Below, piece after piece: positions 48,035-57,677 of a DNA stretch of 64,000 nucleotides. The stretch's first letter is position 1. Each line of letters begins with the position of its first letter. Source of the stretch: an uncultured Methanomassiliicoccales archaeon (GTDB lineage Archaea > Thermoplasmatota > Thermoplasmata > Methanomassiliicoccales > UBA472). The position numbers and the translations under genes were made by a program. The DNA lies in the NCBI GenBank assembly GCA_963695345.1, contig OY968769.1, forward strand, positions 1,504,001 to 1,568,000, in the 5' to 3' direction. Below the pieces are notes generated by a model. The model made no database searches and was not told the origin of the DNA. It saw nothing but the letters and a program-made list of their open reading frames with translations.

Positions 48035-48475
48035 TCATTTGAAGGACGATGCATCCAGCAGCTTGGCGCCGCTCGCTTTTATGGTGCTGATCGCCCGGTC
48101 GATGTCCTCGACCCGGATGACCAGGATCGCTCCCGGCTCGTTGCGGTAGGCGTAGGCGTATTCGATGTTTATGCCTGCCTCCTTGAGCACCTTGGTAAGT
48201 TCGAACAGGCCTCCAGGTTTGTCCGCCATGTGGATCGCGATGACGTCGGTGTAACGTACTACGAAACCGTGCTCCTGCAGTCTTCTCAGCGCTTTCTCCG
48301 GGTCGGAGACGAATGCCCGGATAACGCCGTAACCGGCACCCTCGGCGATGCTGAACGCCAAGATGTTGATGTTCTCCTCGCCCATCGCCTTGCTGAAGTC
48401 CATGAGCCGGCCTGGCCTGTTCTCAGAGAATATCGAGAGCTGTTTGATCTTGTACATGTCCAAATCGTCCGCCAT
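48035..48475 (-). CDS. ACT-domain protein (PaaK-associated)
   Basis: QLSIFSENRPGRL, DKPGGL, INIEYAYA tandem ACT repeats. Confidence 0.9.
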   Translation of the reverse strand: MADDLDMYKIKQLSIFSENRPGRLMDFSKAMGEENINILAFSIAEGAGYGVIRAFVSDPEKALRRLQEHGFVVRYTDVIAIHMADKPGGLFELTKVLKEAGINIEYAYAYRNEPGAILVIRVEDIDRAISTIKASGAKLLDASSFK

Positions 48476-49776
48476 CAGATCTCCCTCCTGTCAATGACCC
48501 TTTTCGCTTTGCCTTCGAACCGGGGCAGGGTCCCTGGCCCCACAAGTTCGATCACCGGGTTGACGTTCAGAAGCGACCGCAGCTTGTGAGCGATGCGCTC
48601 CCGGATGCAGTTCAGTTCCAGGATATTGTCGGTGAATGCCTCCGGTTTCAACTCCACCCGGACCATCATCGTGTCCAGGGCGCCCTTGCGCTCGACCACG
48701 ATCTGGAACTCGTTCCCTACCTCCGGGTTAGTGTTGAGCGAATATTCGACCTGGGATGGGAACACATTGATTCCCCGGATAATGAGCATATCGTCCACCC
48801 GGCCGGTTATGCGGGTGATCCGGGGGTGCACGCGGCCGCAGGCGCAGACCTCGTCATCCATGACCGTCAGGTCGCCGATGCGGTACCGGATCAGGGGGAA
48901 GGCCTCCTTCTGCAGCATGGTCAGGACCATCTCCCCTCTCTCCCCGGCGCCTACCGGTTCGCCGGTCTTCGGGTCGACTATCTCCAGAAGGGCCATATCT
49001 CCCCAGAAGTGGATGCCCTGCTGATGCTCGCACTCGCTGAAAAGCGGTCCTGAGAGCTCGCTCGCGCCGAAGCAGTTGATGCCCTTGACCCCCAATGAAT
49101 CGTAGATCTTGTCCCTCATCTTGTCCGACCAGGGCTCAGCACCAAGCAGACCGTACCGCAGCTTGGTGTCGTTCTTCAGGCTGACCCCCATCTTGTCCGC
49201 GACCTCGCCGACATGGATCATGTAGGAGGGAGTGCAGGCCATCGCGGTGACGCCTAAATCCTGTATGAGCTCAACCTGTCTCTCGGTGTTGCCGGTACTG
49301 GCCGGAACGACCGCCGCTCCGATGCGCTCGGCGGCGTAATGAAATCCCAGCCCTCCGGTGAAAAGGCCGTAGGTATTGGCCACCTGGACCACGTCGTGCT
49401 TTCCCAGTCCGGCAGAGGTGATCGACCGAGCCAGCGATTCCGACCAATTATCGATGTCGTTGCGGGTGTAGCCGACCACGGTCGGCTTTCCGGTCGTTCC
49501 TGAAGATGCGTGATAGCGGACGATATCCTCCTTCGGGGCGATGAATATCTTGTCCGGGTAGTTCTCGCGGTAGTCCTTCTTGGACATGAATGGGAGCTTG
49601 GCAGCGTCCTCCAGCGACCTGATGTCGTCGGGCGTCACACCCTGACTCTCCATCCGGGTGCGGTAGAAACGGGACTGGTCGTAGAGCTTGTTCACCAGGT
49701 TCTTGAGAAGCTTGTACTGCAGGCTTTTCAATTCGCCTTTTGGCATCATCTCGATCTTAGGGTTCCAACATCCCAC
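48475..49776 (-). CDS. paaK: Phenylacetate-CoA ligase family (copy 1)
   Basis: Same motifs as copy 2; GTG start at 49776 inferred from GGGAGG RBS and alignment to copy 2 (xxCWNP). Confidence 0.9.
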   Translation of the reverse strand: MGCWNPKIEMMPKGELKSLQYKLLKNLVNKLYDQSRFYRTRMESQGVTPDDIRSLEDAAKLPFMSKKDYRENYPDKIFIAPKEDIVRYHASSGTTGKPTVVGYTRNDIDNWSESLARSITSAGLGKHDVVQVANTYGLFTGGLGFHYAAERIGAAVVPASTGNTERQVELIQDLGVTAMACTPSYMIHVGEVADKMGVSLKNDTKLRYGLLGAEPWSDKMRDKIYDSLGVKGINCFGASELSGPLFSECEHQQGIHFWGDMALLEIVDPKTGEPVGAGERGEMVLTMLQKEAFPLIRYRIGDLTVMDDEVCACGRVHPRITRITGRVDDMLIIRGINVFPSQVEYSLNTNPEVGNEFQIVVERKGALDTMMVRVELKPEAFTDNILELNCIRERIAHKLRSLLNVNPVIELVGPGTLPRFEGKAKRVIDRREI

Positions 49777-49899
49777 GAAACCATCCTCCCGGTTCCCATT
49801 ACGTGAGCACGTGAGGAATCGCATCGCCAGGATGCCTCCCACCCAGGGTCAATCCGTCATAATGACAAACATGAGGGCTGACCCGACTCACTATGCAGG

Positions 49900-49916
49900 G
49901 TGATAGCATGTAGCAT
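49900..49916 (-). promoter_or_regulatory. Conserved 17-bp motif (site 4)
   Basis: Minus strand ATGCTACATGCTATCAC adjoining an ATATAT TATA-like element. Confidence 0.6.
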
Positions 49917-49999
49917 ATATCATTTTTCTGAGATTGTCCAATGGTGACCGTTCCTGCAATACCAGACGCTAAATATTGCTTAACATCCATCCTGCGTTG

Positions 50000-50782
50000 A
50001 TGCCCGAGCTGCCTGAGGTTGAGCACGCGAGGCGATATTTGGAGGCGAACGTCCTTAACCGCCGCATCGGGGCGGTCGAGATATTGGATGACAAGGTTCT
50101 CCGGGGCATCGATGCCGCTAGGTTCGGGCAGAGCGTCATCGGCCGGACGATCACCACTGCCGGGCGACGGGGGAAGCAGATGTTCATCGGTCTCGATGAC
50201 GCTTCTTTTCTGACCATCCATCTGGGCATGACCGGGAGCTTGGAGGTCAACGAACTAGGTGTGCCTCCCGACTATGCCAGGATCGCTTTTCACCTTGACG
50301 GTGGGATGCACCTCTATTACTCCGACCAGCGTAAGTTCGGGGCGCTGGGGATCGTTGGTTCGGTCGACAGTTTCGTGACCGAGCACCGGTTGGGGCCGGA
50401 CGCTCTCTGCCTAGGACTTTCTGATTTCATCGAACGGGTCTCCACGCACAAGAAGTCAATAAAATCTGTCCTGCTGGACCAAAGCGTGATCTCGGGCATC
50501 GGAAACCTGTATGCCGATGAGGTGCTGTTCCAGGCTCGCCTGCATCCTTCGACGAGGGCGGATTCGATCTCGCGCCGCAAGTTGGGCGAGTTGCATCGCC
50601 ATATCGGGACCGTACTCAGGCAATCAATCGCTGTCTCCACCGATTTCTCCGCACTTCCAGACCGGTACATGCTGAAGGTTCGGGCGGAAGGTGTTGTCTG
50701 CCCCAGGGGCAACGGTCGGATGGCGATGATCAAGGTTGGAGGGCGTACCACAATCTTCTGCCCCGCCTGCCAAAGGCTGTGA
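50000..50782 (+). CDS. mutM: Fpg/Nei family DNA glycosylase
   Basis: MPELPEVE N-terminus, RRGK, HLGMTG, D-x-RKFG, LLDQ-x-x-ISGIGNLYADE H2TH, GRTT-x-FCP-x-CQ. Confidence 0.92.
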   Translation: MPELPEVEHARRYLEANVLNRRIGAVEILDDKVLRGIDAARFGQSVIGRTITTAGRRGKQMFIGLDDASFLTIHLGMTGSLEVNELGVPPDYARIAFHLDGGMHLYYSDQRKFGALGIVGSVDSFVTEHRLGPDALCLGLSDFIERVSTHKKSIKSVLLDQSVISGIGNLYADEVLFQARLHPSTRADSISRRKLGELHRHIGTVLRQSIAVSTDFSALPDRYMLKVRAEGVVCPRGNGRMAMIKVGGRTTIFCPACQRL

Positions 50783-50909
50783 TGGATGCCAAAGGCCGCG
50801 GTCGTGATCTCAACCTCTTTCGACCTTGTCCCTGATGTTCTCTAAATCAACAAGAGTTCAACAGATACGGATTTATCGAAAGTTGCCGTTGCATCGTTGG
50901 CGAGGTCAG

Positions 50910-51473
50910 ATGCAGCTCGACAAGAAGGACCGGATCATTGTCTCCATGTATGCCAAGGACCCGGGCGTGTCCCAGGAACAGATAGCCAAGGAGGTGGACC
51001 TTTCCCAACCCTCGGTGGCGGTGCGGATCAGGAAGCTCAAGGAGAATGGAGCCATTCAAACCATGACCGGCATCAACCCACTGAAGATGGGGTTGTATAT
51101 GGCCAAGGTGGACATCGCCTCCAACAATCCCAACGTGATCCTGGACATGTTCCGGAACTGTCCCTACTTCGCCAACGGTTTCACGATATCTGGCCGCAAC
51201 AATCTGATGCTGATGTTCGTCAGTGAGAACATCGCCACGCTGGAGTCGATCGTCAACGGACACCTGCGATCCAGCAAGTTCGTCAAGGAGCTCGACTTCA
51301 ATATCATCATCAGCGCCGAGCGCGACCTGGTGTTGCCGACGGTACTGACGCCAGAACATTCCAAGACCCCTCCCTGTGGTGTCGATATCCAATGCAGGGA
51401 CTGTCGGTCCTTCACCGAGAGGAAATGCATGGGCTGCCCCATCACCGGACAATACCAAGGCTGGTTCTATTGA
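50910..51473 (+). CDS. Lrp/AsnC family regulator with Cys-rich C-terminal extension
   Basis: LD-x-x-D-x-x-I...SQ-x-x-IA-x-x-V-x-LSQPSV-x-x-RI-x-KL HTH; tail C-x5-C-x2-C-x7-C-x2-C. Confidence 0.88.
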   Translation: MQLDKKDRIIVSMYAKDPGVSQEQIAKEVDLSQPSVAVRIRKLKENGAIQTMTGINPLKMGLYMAKVDIASNNPNVILDMFRNCPYFANGFTISGRNNLMLMFVSENIATLESIVNGHLRSSKFVKELDFNIIISAERDLVLPTVLTPEHSKTPPCGVDIQCRDCRSFTERKCMGCPITGQYQGWFY

Positions 51474-51877
51474 TCGTTAGTCATTGGTCAGCCATATCTT
51501 GTCTAACTTTCATCCGTCAGGTTTCTGTAAAGCCACGGCTCCCTTAAAGTGGGCGAACATCATTAGAATTGTTTGATCGCAATGTGCCTGCGATTCCAAA
51601 GCATTCCTTTGTTGTAACCGATCAATGCCCAAGTTTAATGGGACAACGAATCAATGATGCTGTGGGTCAGAAAAACCTAGGCAAGAACGCTGAGATCCGG
51701 GTCCTTATGGTGACACAATCGGGCGTCTGTCGGTAATGAAGAAGGCGAGCCATTCCCCGCTACATGCATAATATCAAGTTCCAGTCTGTAAGGGCGCCTT
51801 TTTATGTCGATCCCTAGGTGAAATTCGCTCGATTCAATGAATTCGACGTACTGGCTGTTACGATCATTCTCACATTT

Positions 51878-53443
51878 TCATCCAGCTCTGTATCTTAGGA
51901 GCTCCCTCCAGAAAACTGGCGTGAGAATGACAAACACGGCGATGAACTCGAGCCTGCCTGCCCACATCGTTATCGTAAGGGTTATCTTGCCGAGGTCAGG
52001 AACGCCTGCAAAGGAGCCCATGGGGCCCATTGCCCCCATGCCCGGACCCACGTTCGACAGGGTAGTGATGGCGGCCGACATGGAAGTAGTCGGATCGATA
52101 CCCAATATTACCAGCACGATCGTGCATGCAAGTGCTGATATCAAGTAGCAGATCAGAACAGCCATCAACGATGATAGCACATTCTGGCTCATCGGCTTTC
52201 CATCCATCTTCGTGGTATAGACAGACCTGGGATGTACGGTCTTGTACAGGCTGGAATAGACGAACTCTCGGGTCAGCATTAGCCTGGCCACCTTGAGCCC
52301 TCCTGCCGTCGATCCCGTGCATCCGCCAATGACCATCAATCCAAAGAGAATGAACAAGGCTGCTTTTCCCCACAGTGCGAAGTCCAAGGTGGCAAACCCG
52401 GTCGATGTCATGGATGAAGCGACCTGGAACATCGATGTTCGGATCCAGTACTCAACGTTTCCGAGCGTCCCGTCCCATAGAAGAAGAAAGATCATGGCCG
52501 AAGCGATTATCATGAGACCCAGGTAGGTGCAGAACTCGGAGCTTCTGAAATATGTGCGGATCCGCCGTGACGATATGGCCGTGTGGTGCAGGTAGAAATT
52601 TACGCCTGAGATAAACATGAACACGATGACAGTCCATTCGGTGACCGGATTACCGTAGTAGGCTATGCTTTCCGAGTGCGGGGAGAATCCCCCAGTGGAA
52701 ACGGTGGAGAACATGACCACCAACGAATCGTAGATTCCGATCCCACTAAGTAACAGAAGAAGCAGAAGTGCCGCAGACAGACCAAGATATATGTCCGTGA
52801 ATTTTCTGGCTTCATCCTTTATGCGGAGCGAGATGCTGCCCTGACCGCTGTTGCTTCCGGGTGATTCGTTTCGAGTCAGGTATCGCCCCCCAACGCCAAG
52901 CATGGGGAGGACCGCAACGAATAGCAGGATGATTCCCGCCCCTCCCAACCACTGGGTGAGGCTGCGCCAGAACAGGAGGCTCTCTGGCCACGATTCGATT
53001 TTGGTCATGATTGAGGCACCGGTGGTCGTGAACCCGCTCATGGTTTCAAAAACGGCATCGATAGGCCCCATGCCATACATTATGTAAGGTAGCGCACCGA
53101 CCACCGATGCCATGAGCCACACCATGGCCACGATGAACATCGCCTCCGTTGACCTCAGTCTGCCAGACGATTTGCACCGGGACAGAACCAATACCCCGAT
53201 TATTCCAGAGAGTAAGATGGGAAATAACCAAGGCCTGACATCCTCCCCGTAGATAACGGCAACGGAAAGCGGGAGCAGCATTGAGAGGGCGAGATACAAA
53301 GACAGCAGCCCGAACATATGTGGAACGGGCCTTTCCTTACGTGCCAGACCTTCCTTGATAAGATAGAGGTTGATGCCCTTGACCTTCAGGGTCCGCTTGA
53401 TCTCCCTCTTGAGGTGTTTGAGGTTCTTTCCCGTTTCCATCAC
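51878..53443 (-). CDS. trkH: TrkH potassium uptake membrane subunit
   Basis: FETMSGFTTTGAS, QWLGG, STGGFS, STGF, GSTAGGLK, SNVGPG, GRLE. Confidence 0.93.
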   Translation of the reverse strand: MMETGKNLKHLKREIKRTLKVKGINLYLIKEGLARKERPVPHMFGLLSLYLALSMLLPLSVAVIYGEDVRPWLFPILLSGIIGVLVLSRCKSSGRLRSTEAMFIVAMVWLMASVVGALPYIMYGMGPIDAVFETMSGFTTTGASIMTKIESWPESLLFWRSLTQWLGGAGIILLFVAVLPMLGVGGRYLTRNESPGSNSGQGSISLRIKDEARKFTDIYLGLSAALLLLLLLSGIGIYDSLVVMFSTVSTGGFSPHSESIAYYGNPVTEWTVIVFMFISGVNFYLHHTAISSRRIRTYFRSSEFCTYLGLMIIASAMIFLLLWDGTLGNVEYWIRTSMFQVASSMTSTGFATLDFALWGKAALFILFGLMVIGGCTGSTAGGLKVARLMLTREFVYSSLYKTVHPRSVYTTKMDGKPMSQNVLSSLMAVLICYLISALACTIVLVILGIDPTTSMSAAITTLSNVGPGMGAMGPMGSFAGVPDLGKITLTITMWAGRLEFIAVFVILTPVFWRELLRYRAG

Positions 53444-53447
53444 CCCG

Positions 53448-54812
53448 TCATGGATTAACTGGAATCTGGATATTAAGAATCCGTTCCAGGGCCGGTATGT
53501 CCGCCCTCACAGTGTAGAACAACACCGTATCGCCCTTCTCCAGGACCACTCCAAGATAGGGAACCTGGGCCCTGCCGTTCCTCAGGATCATTGCTATCGT
53601 CGTCCTATCTGGAAGTTCGATCTGTTCAATTGTAAGCCCTTTGAACCCGCTTCCTTCGTCCACATCGAGGCTGAACAGCATTTCGGAGAACGTCTCTAGA
53701 AAGAGCAATGCCTTGAAACCGGGGTAAATTATCCTGATGATCTCGTTCGCGACAACATGGTAATAGCCAATGTCCGCATCGATCTCGGACATGCTGAACG
53801 CGTCCTCATAGTCGCGTTTTGAATAGGAGGCGATAACCTTGGGGATGCCCAACTGTTTGGCGATAAGAGAGGTGATGAGGTTCTTATCCTCGTTCTCAGT
53901 CACCGCGAACAGTACATCAGCCATGCCTACATTCTCAGCTTTGAGGATGGAAGGATCGGAGCCATTGCCAATAACCACTACGGTCCTTTTCGACCTCTTG
54001 GAAAGGAAATTGCACCTCTTCTCATCCTCCTCGATGACCTTGATGGAGGAGCCTTTTGTTTCAAGCATATTTACCAGATGCTCTCCGAGTATCCCACCCC
54101 CAACGATGACAAAATCATTCATCCTCATCTTCCTGCCCAGATACTGGTCGAAGCTGGAGAGGCAATCGCTCCTACCGATCACGGTGACCTCGTCGCCTGC
54201 CACGAGCCTGTAGTTCTCATCAGGAATGATGGAGGTTCGTTCACGGTGGATGGCGAGAATCTTGCATCCCTCTGGGATAGGGAGCTGCATTGCACAGGAG
54301 CAGAAAACATGACTGAACAATCCAGATATCTGGAACTTACCCATGCTGACATCTATGCCAGGCAATTCCTCCCAATCGACTAGGTTTTCCATTTCGGCGA
54401 GTTTGATCATTTTTTCGGCGACTATGCGCTCAGGGGAGATGATGAAATCGACATTCATCATCTTAGAGACAGCTGTATTCCCCTCATACTCTGGATTTCT
54501 GACCCTGGCAACGGTAATGATATCCGCCTTTACCTGTTTGGCCACGGCGCAGGCGAACATGTTCACCTCATCCCTCTCGGTGACCGCTATCACAAGTTTG
54601 GTCTGTTCATCGATGATTTCACGCAGTACCTTTGGGCTGGCCCCGTTGGCGTTCATCGCTGCGACATCTAGATAATCCAGGATGTAGCCGAACTTGTCCT
54701 CATCCCCTTCGATAAGCATGATCGAGTGTTTCTTAGATAGTGTTCTGGCAATGGTATAGCCAATATTTCCTGCCCCGATGATGACAATCTCCGATGGCAA
54801 TGTCCATCCCAA
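53448..54812 (-). CDS. trkA: TrkA potassium transporter NAD-binding subunit
   Basis: Two RCK units with GAGNIG and GGGILG Rossmann motifs. Confidence 0.9.
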   Translation of the reverse strand: MGWTLPSEIVIIGAGNIGYTIARTLSKKHSIMLIEGDEDKFGYILDYLDVAAMNANGASPKVLREIIDEQTKLVIAVTERDEVNMFACAVAKQVKADIITVARVRNPEYEGNTAVSKMMNVDFIISPERIVAEKMIKLAEMENLVDWEELPGIDVSMGKFQISGLFSHVFCSCAMQLPIPEGCKILAIHRERTSIIPDENYRLVAGDEVTVIGRSDCLSSFDQYLGRKMRMNDFVIVGGGILGEHLVNMLETKGSSIKVIEEDEKRCNFLSKRSKRTVVVIGNGSDPSILKAENVGMADVLFAVTENEDKNLITSLIAKQLGIPKVIASYSKRDYEDAFSMSEIDADIGYYHVVANEIIRIIYPGFKALLFLETFSEMLFSLDVDEGSGFKGLTIEQIELPDRTTIAMILRNGRAQVPYLGVVLEKGDTVLFYTVRADIPALERILNIQIPVNP

Positions 54813-55216
54813 CCCACCTATGAAATATCGACAGGCTTGAAATAATTTTGCAGGATATTTAAAAAACTGACCACATCAGAATACTCTGAGGCACGAATCA
54901 ATGGATCAACAATCTGACAGTTGTCGTTAATCGCTTCTACTCAGTAATTTGATTTTCAAAAAATATGCTTGATATAAACCGACTCCTTTTCTAAAACCTC
55001 TTTCTGATGAGCAGCACCCGGCCGGCACCATTAGAACGGCGACATGCCTCAAACCATCAGAACAGGTGTATTGCCAGGTATGACAAAGAATATGCAGGAT
55101 CGGGATAAGAATGAGGCAGCCCATACTTGAAACGGCTAAGTCCATTTTTCATCCCTCCACGACCGAGAGGATTCCAGCGAAGAATTATACCTTGTAGGAT
55201 ACAATGATGCACTCAC

Positions 55217-56173
55217 ATGGTTCTCCTTCCACTGCTGGTACTGTTGGCCAGCATCCCCATTATCTATCTCGGCGCTAGATGGTTAGTGGGAGGGGCTTCG
55301 GAACTAGCCGCCCATTTCCGGGTACCTCCATTGGTAATCGGCCTGACCATCGTGGCCTTCGGTACTTCAATCCCCGAGCTTATGATTGGCATCGTGTCGG
55401 GATTGGAAGGGGTCAGTTCCCTTTCGGTGGGCAATGTCATTGGCTCCAATATTTCAAACGCTACCTACATAATTGGCTCGTGTGCGATCCTTACTCCGAT
55501 CGTAGTACGATTCAACGAGATCAAGCGAGAGGCTTTGTTCATGCTGCTCGCCCTCTGTGTCGTGACGCTATTCGCTGCCGATGGTGGCGTCAATGGGATG
55601 GAAGGAGGAATATTGGTCCTCATCTTCATCGCCTACTCCGTCCTCCTGGTCAGGTCACTATATTGTTGTCGGCCAACGAAATCGGTTCAGAACGAATTCA
55701 GTGAGGCAATGCCTAAGGAGGCCCCACTCTTCAAGACATTGTTTTTCTTGGTGTTCGGAACGGCCGTCCTCATTACGGGGACCGAACTTGCGGTCAGTTC
55801 TGCTTCGGATATCGCATCCGAGCTTGGGATCAGCGCGTTCCTGATCGGTGTGACCATCGTGACCGTGGGAACGACAGTTCCGGAATTCGCCGCAAGCCTG
55901 ATCGCCGCATACGGGAAAAGACCCGATATCGCCGTCGGAAATATCATAGGCACCCTGATATTCAATTCCACGATGGTGCTCGGGAGCGGGGCGCTGATCC
56001 GCCCCCTGGCGATTACTGGAGGCCAGATGCTGCTAGGGATCCTTCCGATGCTTTTATTTGGGATTTTGTTGTCTGGAATCGCCTACCGAAGGCAGACCGT
56101 ATGGAAACGGACAGGAGTGATTTTTGTGGTCCTATACATCCTTTATCTGGGCATGATCATTTCTTTCACCTGA
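55217..56173 (+). CDS. Calcium/sodium antiporter (CaCA, YrbG-like)
   Basis: Alpha repeats GTSIPE...GNVIGSN and GTTVPE...GNIIGT. Confidence 0.92.
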   Translation: MVLLPLLVLLASIPIIYLGARWLVGGASELAAHFRVPPLVIGLTIVAFGTSIPELMIGIVSGLEGVSSLSVGNVIGSNISNATYIIGSCAILTPIVVRFNEIKREALFMLLALCVVTLFAADGGVNGMEGGILVLIFIAYSVLLVRSLYCCRPTKSVQNEFSEAMPKEAPLFKTLFFLVFGTAVLITGTELAVSSASDIASELGISAFLIGVTIVTVGTTVPEFAASLIAAYGKRPDIAVGNIIGTLIFNSTMVLGSGALIRPLAITGGQMLLGILPMLLFGILLSGIAYRRQTVWKRTGVIFVVLYILYLGMIISFT

Positions 56174-56174
56174 T

Positions 56175-57440
56175 TCATGCTTTGGGCTCGAGTCCCGGGC
56201 CGTCCTTTGATTGCATATCCACGGGGCAAATATCTCCAATCTTACGCCTGAACGCCCATGTCAGCAATGGCGGTGCAATGATCGTCGTGGCCATGGACAT
56301 GAAGACCACCACCGAGAACATGCTTTGGGATATGACCGCCATGCCGAATCCGATCGATGCGACGATTATACCGACCTCGCCCCTCGGGATCATTCCCACT
56401 CCGATGATGGTGGCCGATTTACCTCCCAGCTTCCTTGACCCCAGGCCGCAGCCGATGTACTTTGTGGCGACGGCGAGCAGTGTGACCAGAATGGCAACTA
56501 TCAGGACATCTCCGAACGAGCTTAGGTTCACCGATATGCCGACGAACAGGAAGAAGAACGGGACAAGGAACTCGTTGATTGGATGGAAGCCCTCTTCGCA
56601 AGGCCACTTGTCCTTGAACTCGGCGAATGCCATACCGGCAAGGAAGGCCCCGATGATCGCTGCCAGGCCGACGAACGATGCGGCGAATGACAATGCCAGG
56701 CAGACTATGATGGCCAACGGCAACGGTGAGATGCCGTGGCGTTTCTGTTTGACGCATTGATCCGCCCCTTTCTTGAGCCTGTTCCGGGTGGCTATCTTCT
56801 TCCTTGCATGAGGGAGAAGGATCGACCCGATGAAGATTACCATCAGCACGAATAGGATTCCCTCCACTGAGACTAGGATTATGTCCAGTGGACCCGACCC
56901 TCCAGAAGCTACTCCGACCACAATTGCCAGCACTATCATTCCGAGCACGTCGTCGATGACCGCTGCACCTATGATGATCCTCGACTCGATGGTCTGGGTC
57001 AGGTTCATGTCTTTAATGACCCGGGCGGTGATGCCGACGCTGGTAGCGACCAAGGCTGCGGCAATGAACAATGCCTCGGTCTGACCATGACCGAGGGCCA
57101 TGATGAGCGCGAATCCGCTTAGAAGCGGGACGATCACCCCGAGGACGGCGACCTGCATGGCGATCCTGCCGACCTTCCGCAACTCGCTGAACGGAGTCTC
57201 CAAGCCCACGGCGAACAACAGGAATATGACGCCCAGTTCGCTGAGGATCTCGAACAGGCTCATGTCGAGATCGAGGCTCAGCCACTGAAAGAGGATGGTG
57301 TTCCCAACCAGAACACCGGCAAAAATCTCACCGATGACCGGAGAGACCTTGACCCGCTCACAAAGAAGGCCGGCGACCTTGGCCAGCAGGAACAGCACTA
57401 GCAATTGTAACAGGACGGTCTCGATCGCAATATCATCCAT
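56175..57440 (-). CDS. Cation:proton antiporter (CPA2 family)
   Basis: FLLFAVGLE, ATSVGIT, GAAVIDDV, GAFLAG, GMIPRGEV. Confidence 0.92.
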   Translation of the reverse strand: MDDIAIETVLLQLLVLFLLAKVAGLLCERVKVSPVIGEIFAGVLVGNTILFQWLSLDLDMSLFEILSELGVIFLLFAVGLETPFSELRKVGRIAMQVAVLGVIVPLLSGFALIMALGHGQTEALFIAAALVATSVGITARVIKDMNLTQTIESRIIIGAAVIDDVLGMIVLAIVVGVASGGSGPLDIILVSVEGILFVLMVIFIGSILLPHARKKIATRNRLKKGADQCVKQKRHGISPLPLAIIVCLALSFAASFVGLAAIIGAFLAGMAFAEFKDKWPCEEGFHPINEFLVPFFFLFVGISVNLSSFGDVLIVAILVTLLAVATKYIGCGLGSRKLGGKSATIIGVGMIPRGEVGIIVASIGFGMAVISQSMFSVVVFMSMATTIIAPPLLTWAFRRKIGDICPVDMQSKDGPGLEPKA

Positions 57441-57677
57441 GGCGCGTTCCCATTCACGAATCGTAATGGATTATTTAATACGAAAGGTAGGCTGCGACCG
57501 GCACGATAATATTGTTGAATGCATCAATTCTATCCCCGGGCACGAAGCCCTCCGTCCGACGTGTCTGGTTCGGCCAAATCCAAAAACTAACCAACAGGTC
57601 GATTCTCGCCTTGGCATAATTACAATTTATTGTTAGTAGTGTATAAAGACGGTTCATACTGAATCCCACCAAGCATA

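Noticed and set aside
51474-51877. 400-bp gap between convergent Lrp and trkH genes as ncRNA or small gene
   Set aside because: No convincing RBS-led ORF, box motifs or strong stem found by eye
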